64,000 bases of DNA from Candidatus Poribacteria bacterium. GTDB taxonomy: Bacteria; Poribacteria; WGA-4E; WGA-3G. Position 1 is the first letter of the stretch, and each line of letters opens with the position of its first letter. Shown here one piece after another: positions 58,701 through 64,000 of this stretch. Location: assembly GCA_965261435.1 (NCBI GenBank), contig CBDHDL010000008.1, forward strand, positions 1,207,987 through 1,271,986, in the 5' to 3' direction. Both the position numbers and the translations under genes were made by a program. The notes under the pieces are model-generated. The model was not told the origin of the DNA. It did not search any database and was given only the letters and a program-made list of their open reading frames with translations.

Positions 58701-59180
58701 GGCAGGGCAGGTTTGAACCGGTTACCAGATAAAAAAGTTGTGTTGATCAGTAGTCTACAATTACCAAACATCACAGATAGACCTGAAACACTACTCTTCG
58801 ACTGGGAAGATTTTGAGGTTGCAGGTAATCTCGACAAGCTCGCTGAAACAATTGCAAAACGCCAAAAATTTGAAATTGAACGTGAAAATTTAACCGCAGA
58901 GTCCGGAAGAGAAAAAGTTGAACAGGTGTTAGGATGCTCATCAAGTCATGCTAACCGTATCTTACAGAAACTTCGCGGTGGGAATATTCCAAGTATGACT
59001 TTCCGAGAACAGATCCTCACACTTCTCGCAGACGGTGAGAAAAAAGTCTCGGAAGTAACTGAGGCTATTGAAGGAAACCCAAAAGGGATACATAATGAAC
59101 TTGTCCGCCTTACCGAACTTGGTGAAATTGTAAAACTGCGATGGGGTGTATATGCACTACCAGATACAAAAAACAGCTAA
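55773..59180 (+). CDS. 1135-aa hypothetical protein: degenerate AEP primase-polymerase-like N-terminus, Cys-cluster helicase-like core, C-terminal HTH + winged-HTH
   Basis: WGIQVYTGIPS...WHDLEF and LTITKSGGLRF resemble AEP motifs I/II. Other motifs: NADIGGGNNY (decayed Walker A), C-x5-C...CPQCPVYKEC..RGY, LCIIDD (Walker B-like), and C-terminal ELVRLTELGEIVKLRWGVYALP (wHTH). The ORF is certain; the domain calls are inferred by eye. Confidence 0.55.
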   Translation: MLSLKEIIQRCHQRHNRQFRQRKTVLTPAIYKGLLYHFTVYCAHRSPIRLYDLEQAEISFMPTGYAAEHDRIPQSFAGERFLKRQKIEDWSIAQIETSWGIQVYTGIPSQRDGAPWHDLEFTYHAICNAPEAVIACIETLVSLVSNPLLTITKSGGLRFSCRVPNYLHPNSDIERYYIYKDVEMPDNHLQRNLFLEIIGEKGHSPWDARFEILMGNLLDPPIIVKEVLIAAIDELRELLHGPQLIPTDKLQPTSEVTTVSLPSLGSYKLDLAKEAFLKRGFSYLRQENDLHYWIQHGEENNNTETILFENDNTIWIRATNNNSGLPLENTSITAIWDDTGILPPIHDTGIQVSDQLLAVREGKLSPLAIKRPEAVLQKPEKINKDYETPADNIEWIQHIIHDENRIIAPINADIGGGNNYAIETQLLKQGKVSLSAHRPIVNGVLKNIERHDPTSVIIWRRHNHLWDKVKDIPTDVRMANPFQHGNMCEDAERCMSLISKGVDPSETICPQCPVYKECQERGYLSQSVTLQRAKTQLIPHSKMFLHPGLSTFVEHILIPGTDSERLCIIDDVRADELFIDCYIDKNTLERWNKDWDGHVLGSFAQALLNTLEVDSGPEDLLVKRIRTIMQAFQHHEVEIIKQMCEVSINCRIVPEKTIDNETDIELSHYTILFDKSVSAYIPIDRIAADRLTAKGLPVLQLETFMPNKETKIRMPIEQAIQLSIFDISTTEKINLLPLTYPNADWTFWHELKSFLLHYTRDADAPILWYDNFLKFWVPPVMHPNVKKLLYMSTTMSEQDLLRTFPDEKIKVMHTKYAPWVEGNQVFQIRTGIYSLKTILDYDSTWDVIGLSKIGKRIVQGICAEIQRDTNIKHAIITYDRIIMQLGDLKEKGNVCLQTDFEYLRNFEEEFEAAQVLWIIGTPFWQPGVMWRRAQILYGNDEKPLCYESDTKFQHYKDPRVQRIHIQAVTGMITEIIGRAGLNRLPDKKVVLISSLQLPNITDRPETLLFDWEDFEVAGNLDKLAETIAKRQKFEIERENLTAESGREKVEQVLGCSSSHANRILQKLRGGNIPSMTFREQILTLLADGEKKVSEVTEAIEGNPKGIHNELVRLTELGEIVKLRWGVYALPDTKNS

Positions 59181-59267
59181 CACGATGAAACACAGACATA
59201 ACTGTACATAACACAACGAAACGAATTCATTCATAACTTTTCTCACGAACTTATATCGGAGGAAATT

Positions 59268-59483
59268 ATGTTAGATTTTTTTTTCAATGAACAACGAGGA
59301 ATTTGCATCAAGAATATTCTGACTATTCTGCGTCATCGGTTCGAGCGTAGTGATCTGCAACCCGTGGAACAGGCATTGGAAACAATTCATAAACTTGATA
59401 ATTTGAAAATGTTAGTCCATGAAGCAATCTATACATCAAGTGTTGAGGCGTTTTTACAGAAAATAGACGCAACGGAATCATAA
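59268..59483 (+). CDS. Small protein resembling the C-terminal domain of Rpn/DUF4351-type proteins
   Basis: Strong RBS GGAGG. Pattern ILTILRHRFE...VEQALETIHKLDNLKMLVHEAIYTSSVEAFLQKI. Confidence 0.55.
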   Translation: MLDFFFNEQRGICIKNILTILRHRFERSDLQPVEQALETIHKLDNLKMLVHEAIYTSSVEAFLQKIDATES

Positions 59484-59559
59484 GTTGTCAGGACAATTCC
59501 TTACATTCCATAAAATATTACCAACAAAACACTTTTACCATATAGGATAAGATTCACCG

Positions 59560-60496
59560 ATGCATCACCCTAAAGTCACCGTCGTTGGTAGTGCTAATGT
59601 TGACCTTGTGATACGCGCTGAACGGATGCCGGATAAAGGTGAGACTCTCATCGGAGATGCATTTGACATCTTTACTGGTGGGAAAGGTTTCAATCAGGCA
59701 ACGGCCGCGGCGCGATTAGGTGCAGATGTTACACTCATCGGGAGGATTGGTGATGACCCGTTTGCTGATATACTCCTCTCCGCTATAGAAACCGAACAGA
59801 TAAACAGCCAATATGTCAAATCTGATGCAGATAGTGGCACTGGTGTTGCTTCTATTGTCGTTGAACCGGATGGTGATAATAGCATTATCGTTGTTCCGCG
59901 TGCTAATATGCGTCTCACTCCCAGTGACATTGATACTGCTGCAAATAGCATTGCAAATACGAGCGTTTTACTGTTACAATTGGAAACACCGATTGATGCG
60001 TCAGTGCGCGCGATAGAGATTGCTAAGGTAAACAATACGACGGTGATACTTGATCCGGCACCAGCGCGTCCGTTACCATCCAGTCTGTTATCACAGGTGG
60101 ATATTTTGAAACCTAATGAAACTGAAGCTGCGTTGTTGTCAGGTCATACTGTTAAGACACTTGATGAGGGGATGGCAAGCTGCTAAAGTATTACAGTTGC
60201 AGATAGCAAGTAAAGGGATTTCTACTGTGGTGCTAACGCTTGGAGATCAAGGTGTTTTGGTTTATACACCAACGCAGTCTACACATATTCCTGCATTAGC
60301 TGCAGCAGCAGTGGATACAACTGGTGCGGGAGATGCGTTCAGTGGTGCGTTGGCGACTGCACTTGCAGAAGGTAAGGAATTTATTGAAGCGGTAAATTTT
60401 GCCAATGCTGCGGGGGCAGCGGCTGTAACAGTGCTTGGCGCGACTCCGTCAATGCCAACAAGAGAAAAAGTTGAAGAAATCCTTTCTAATAGCTAA
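59560..60496 (+). CDS. rbsK: Ribokinase (PfkB family), ~311 aa; apparent 1-nt insertion at 60174-60181
   Basis: VVGSANVDL, GGKGFNQATAAARLG, LLLQLETP, LDPAPA, PNETEA, then in the shifted frame TLGDQG and AVDTTGAGDAFSGAL. (937-1)/3 is an integer. Confidence 0.9.
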
Positions 60497-60540
60497 CGAA
60501 AACCTGATAGAAAATTGTGGAACTACTGAAGGAGAATATA

Positions 60541-63414
60541 ATGAAAAGAATAACAGCATTATTCATAATCTCGCTCTCACTGTTTACTGTTGTTTTGACA
60601 TCCGTATCCCAAGAGGAATGGGAACAGGATATGAAGAAGGATTTTGGAAAGGTCTTGTCATCAAAAAACGATCTTGTGAATAGACATCGTGAATTGATCG
60701 CTGATTGGCGTGAAAAGGGACACCTTAATGAACTAATACAATTATATGAAGTGGAGAAAACCAATCGGACTGATGACGCAGCCTTTATTTATGGATTGGG
60801 ATATGCTTACGCGTTGACTGAAGAGAATGAAAACAGAGAAGCATTGGCAAATGCGGAAACCAATTTTGCAGCTGCGATTGCGCTTGATCCTTCAATGTTT
60901 TGGGCGCATTATAGTCTTGGTGCAATCTATCAGAGACAACAGAAATATGAAGAAGCACTTACGAAATTCCAAACAAGTCTCTCACTTAATCCGAAGTATT
61001 ATCCTGCCTACTACTACATTGGCGAAATCCAGCTTAAACAGGGAAAACATGATGAAGCTTTAGCGTCTTTTGATATGGCACAAACTATCAATCCGAAGTG
61101 GGTATACCCTGTCTATGGTAGAGGTTTAGTCTATCTTGACCAAGGGAATTTGAATTTGGCACGTGAGACTTTTGAACGTGCTATCCAGAATAATCGTAAG
61201 TTTGCGCCTGCTTATATAAAACTGGGTCAAGTGTTGGCAAAAGAGAAGTTTTTTGATGATGCGTTGATGGAATATCAGAAAGCTGCTGAATATCAACCTT
61301 ATACCGCAACAGATGTGTTTGAACTTGCTGTGATTTTTGCTGAAGCAGACAACGCTGATGGTGCTGTTCAACTGTATCATCGGACGCTTGAGATTGACCC
61401 GAAGCACGGAGAAGCACACCTTGCTGTTGCTGATATGCTGTACACTCAAGGTGACACTGATACTGCTGTGGTTCACTATCGGCAAGCAATTGAGAATGAT
61501 CCTAAACTAAAGGAAACTTTCTTTGATGTCTTGAAACCGTATTTCGCTGGAAGTATCGGTTTAGATGAGGCGCGTGGTATGTTAGAAAAAGCAATGGCTG
61601 TGTTGCCCGATGACCCACGTTCATATTTCTATTTGGGGAAAATTGAGGCGGAATCAGGAAATATTGAGAACGCGATTGAACACTATAATAAGACGCTTGA
61701 GATTGTTGAAGTAGATCACGACTATTTTGAGATGGAATTGCCCCATGGGAATTTTAACGATTCTCATCTCCAATTAGGAAATTTATACCGTAAACAGGGT
61801 AATATGGAGAAAGCAGCAGAAAGTTATCGCCGCGCACTTGAACTGGATCCAGCATTAGCTAATCACTTCTTAGATGAAGGAAAGAATGCCTATGAAACTG
61901 CCAATTACGATCAAGTGATTGAACCTTTAAACATTCATCTGATACTATTTCCAAAGGATGTTCAAGCAACTTACCTATTAGGTCAGACTTACGATGCGAA
62001 AGATGATAAAGACACCGCTCTGATCTATTATCAAAGAACTTTGCAGTTAGATGCGAATCGTTCTGATGTGCTTTACAAGATGGTTGATATCTATAAGGAG
62101 AGGGAATCACATCAGTTGGTGATAGATACTTTGAAGAAAGTCATTGCTCTTGATGCTGATGATGCGGAGGCGCACTATCAGTCATCCCAATCTTACATTG
62201 CTTTGGAAAAGCCGGATTTAGCTCGATCATCACTGATTGAAACAGTCCGCATTCAACCAGACAATGTTGAGGCGCAATATTCGATTGGGGTATTATATCA
62301 GAATAGTGATGATATTGACGAAGCTATAGCGTATTTTGAGAAAACTATTGAATTAAATCCTGAAAATCCTGAACCGTTTTTCCGTCTCGGTGGTATCTAT
62401 AAAGATCGCAAAGACGAAAACAACATGATCCGTGTTTATCAAACCGCGCTAATAATGGAACCGAATCATCCAGATATACACCATACACTTGCTGTAGTTT
62501 TTGAGAAACGAATCAAGGGAGGACCTGAGGACAAAAGAGAAGACAATCTCCTACAAGCATTGCATCATTACGGATTGGCGAACGAACATGACCCAGAACA
62601 CTTTGAGTGGCACTATAGTTATGCGCTGTTGTTAGATGGTCATGCTGCGACGCTTGAGAATTATCATAAACATGCTGCATTGGCAGTGAAACAATATACA
62701 GATGCAATTGCTCTGAAACCGGATTTTGTTGATGCATACTTTAAGCGCGCCATGATTACAAACCGATATAAACGGATTGGTGAGGATTTATATCTAAGTA
62801 GTCAGATATTGGAAGACTTCAAACAGGTTGTCATGCTAAAGCCTGATTACGTTGATGCATATTTCTATATGGGAACGCTCCACGTCTGGACAGATAAGTT
62901 CGACCAGGCAAAGGAGAACTTTCAAAAAGTTTTGCAGCTAAATCCAAAATATAAAGGTGTTCACACCGAACTTGGTAAACTGGCGGAGCGGGATAAGGAT
63001 TGGAAGAAGGCGATAAAACTTTATGAGAAAGAGATTGCACTTGATGAAAAAGCAACGACAGCATATCAACGTCTCGGGGATCTCTACTACAATTCTGATT
63101 ATCAACTCAATAAATCAAAGGCAATGCTGGAAAAGGCACTGAAGTTGAATGATAAACATGTTAATACCATCATCGTGTATGCCAATGTTTTATACAGTAT
63201 GGACATGTTAGGTGCAGCATCAGAACAATTTGAGCGTGCATTACAATTGGAGTCAAGCAATCTGACCGCGAACTTCAATCTTGCGTTGATGTATGAATAC
63301 ACCGAGAGAAACGAACTTGCAAAAGCGCAGTGGAAGACATTCCTTAAATTGAATCCACCAGAACAGTGGAAACTTGAAGCTGAAAAACATCTTAAGAAAC
63401 TTGGTGGAAAATAG
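60541..63414 (+). CDS. Secreted/periplasmic multi-TPR protein (~957 aa)
   Basis: GAAGGAG RBS precedes the ATG at 60541; signal peptide MKRITALFIISLSLFTVVLTSVSQ; about 20 TPR-like units (e.g. AHYSLGAIYQRQQKYEEALTKFQTSLSLNP). Confidence 0.85.
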   Translation: MKRITALFIISLSLFTVVLTSVSQEEWEQDMKKDFGKVLSSKNDLVNRHRELIADWREKGHLNELIQLYEVEKTNRTDDAAFIYGLGYAYALTEENENREALANAETNFAAAIALDPSMFWAHYSLGAIYQRQQKYEEALTKFQTSLSLNPKYYPAYYYIGEIQLKQGKHDEALASFDMAQTINPKWVYPVYGRGLVYLDQGNLNLARETFERAIQNNRKFAPAYIKLGQVLAKEKFFDDALMEYQKAAEYQPYTATDVFELAVIFAEADNADGAVQLYHRTLEIDPKHGEAHLAVADMLYTQGDTDTAVVHYRQAIENDPKLKETFFDVLKPYFAGSIGLDEARGMLEKAMAVLPDDPRSYFYLGKIEAESGNIENAIEHYNKTLEIVEVDHDYFEMELPHGNFNDSHLQLGNLYRKQGNMEKAAESYRRALELDPALANHFLDEGKNAYETANYDQVIEPLNIHLILFPKDVQATYLLGQTYDAKDDKDTALIYYQRTLQLDANRSDVLYKMVDIYKERESHQLVIDTLKKVIALDADDAEAHYQSSQSYIALEKPDLARSSLIETVRIQPDNVEAQYSIGVLYQNSDDIDEAIAYFEKTIELNPENPEPFFRLGGIYKDRKDENNMIRVYQTALIMEPNHPDIHHTLAVVFEKRIKGGPEDKREDNLLQALHHYGLANEHDPEHFEWHYSYALLLDGHAATLENYHKHAALAVKQYTDAIALKPDFVDAYFKRAMITNRYKRIGEDLYLSSQILEDFKQVVMLKPDYVDAYFYMGTLHVWTDKFDQAKENFQKVLQLNPKYKGVHTELGKLAERDKDWKKAIKLYEKEIALDEKATTAYQRLGDLYYNSDYQLNKSKAMLEKALKLNDKHVNTIIVYANVLYSMDMLGAASEQFERALQLESSNLTANFNLALMYEYTERNELAKAQWKTFLKLNPPEQWKLEAEKHLKKLGGK

Positions 63415-63509
63415 TCGTCTGTCAATACTCAAATGATGAGTAGAACCGTTCGTAGGGACGGGGTTTCCCCGTCCGATATACAAATCATTCATGACTTGAC
63501 AAAGCAATA
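63412..63509 (-). mobile_element. Same MITE/REP element, copy 3 (inverted), overlapping the TPR-gene stop codon
   Basis: TAGTCGTCTGTCAATACTCAAATGATGAGTAGAACCGTTCGTAGGGACGGGGTTTCCCCGTCCGATATACAAATCATTCATGACTTGACAAAGCAATA is the reverse complement of copy 1 with few changes. Confidence 0.75.
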
Positions 63510-63559
63510 GTCGTCTGTTTGAAAAGTATTTGAAGGTAGTTGTGGTGAGTGGTTATATT

Positions 63560-64000
63560 TTGTTCAATATTAGATATTTTCGGGATAGACTCAACACAAA
63601 TATAATCGGTAAGCCGCATATTATACACTATTCAGAAGTTACATCAACAAACGACGCGGCTGTTAAACAAGGTAAGGTTGGAGAAGTAAAAGAAGGAACT
63701 TTATATCTTGCAGAACATCAAACGGCAGGTCGTGGTAGGTATGGGAGAGTATGGGAAGCACCGAGAGGTAAGTGTATATTAGCATCAGTCGTATTCAGAC
63801 AAAGGCTGAAACCGGATCAAGTGCATCTCCCAAATTTAATCGGAGCACTCTCAATTGCTCAAGGTATAAAAGACTGTACTGGACTTGAAGCACTTATTAA
63901 ACACCCGAATGATGTGAGAATTGAAGGCAAGAAAGTTGCGGGTGTTCTCACAGAGATACATTATGATGTGAACGGTCGTCCGTTTTTTGTCTTAGGATTC
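63560..64000 (+). CDS. birA: Biotin--protein ligase (no N-terminal HTH), truncated by the window end; missing from the ORF track
   Basis: Manual translation: MFNIRYFRDRLNTNIIGKPHIIHYSEVTSTND...AEHQTAGRGRYGRVWEAP...IKHPNDVRIEGKKVAGVLTE. Start codon uncertain (TTG 63560 or GTG 63542/63545). Confidence 0.88.
   Translation, partial: MFNIRYFRDRLNTNIIGKPHIIHYSEVTSTNDAAVKQGKVGEVKEGTLYLAEHQTAGRGRYGRVWEAPRGKCILASVVFRQRLKPDQVHLPNLIGALSIAQGIKDCTGLEALIKHPNDVRIEGKKVAGVLTEIHYDVNGRPFFVLGF

Noticed and set aside
55773-59483. Prophage or integrated plasmid around the primase-like gene
   Set aside because: No integrase, att-like repeats, structural genes or other mobile-element genes, and it is followed directly by housekeeping rbsK.
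63102-63507. Minus-strand ORFs of 107 and 84 aa at the end of the TPR gene
   Set aside because: They are antisense to the TPR gene and start inside the MITE.

Overview
Bacterial window, probably from Candidatus Poribacteria or a similar sponge-associated lineage. This is inferred from the 'NYPNPFNPETWIPYQL...WDG.N..GE.VA.G.Y.Y.L...RKM.ILK' C-terminal domain combined with cadherin/LRR expansions, and is not verified. About 52 kb (2770-55018, minus strand) is a tandem array of five paralogous giant secreted proteins of about 2,480-5,910 aa, called A-E in transcription order. Each has a signal peptide, a conserved head of three short cap-LRR-Ig modules, a stalk of about 12-31 cadherin domains, paralog-specific variable LRR blocks (24-aa VLR-like or 22-aa internalin-like) and a T9SS-type-A/FlgD-Ig-like C-terminal domain. 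The paralogs are mosaics of one another and carry recent tandem duplications and a deletion, suggesting an actively reshuffled adhesin/receptor repertoire. A perfect TTGACA-N17-TATAAT promoter lies upstream of the array. Four of the five genes, plus ribokinase, appear split. All seven breaks are the same 1-nt insertion (GGCAGCT to GGCAAGCT), most likely a methylation-linked long-read error rather than pseudogenisation. The flanks encode an HTH-MBL hydrolase, DppB/DppC-type permeases, a degenerate primase-helicase-wHTH protein, an orphan Rpn-C-terminal-like small protein, ribokinase, a secreted TPR protein and a partial BirA. Intergenic DNA holds a three-copy REP-carrying MITE and a nested REP/MITE structure.
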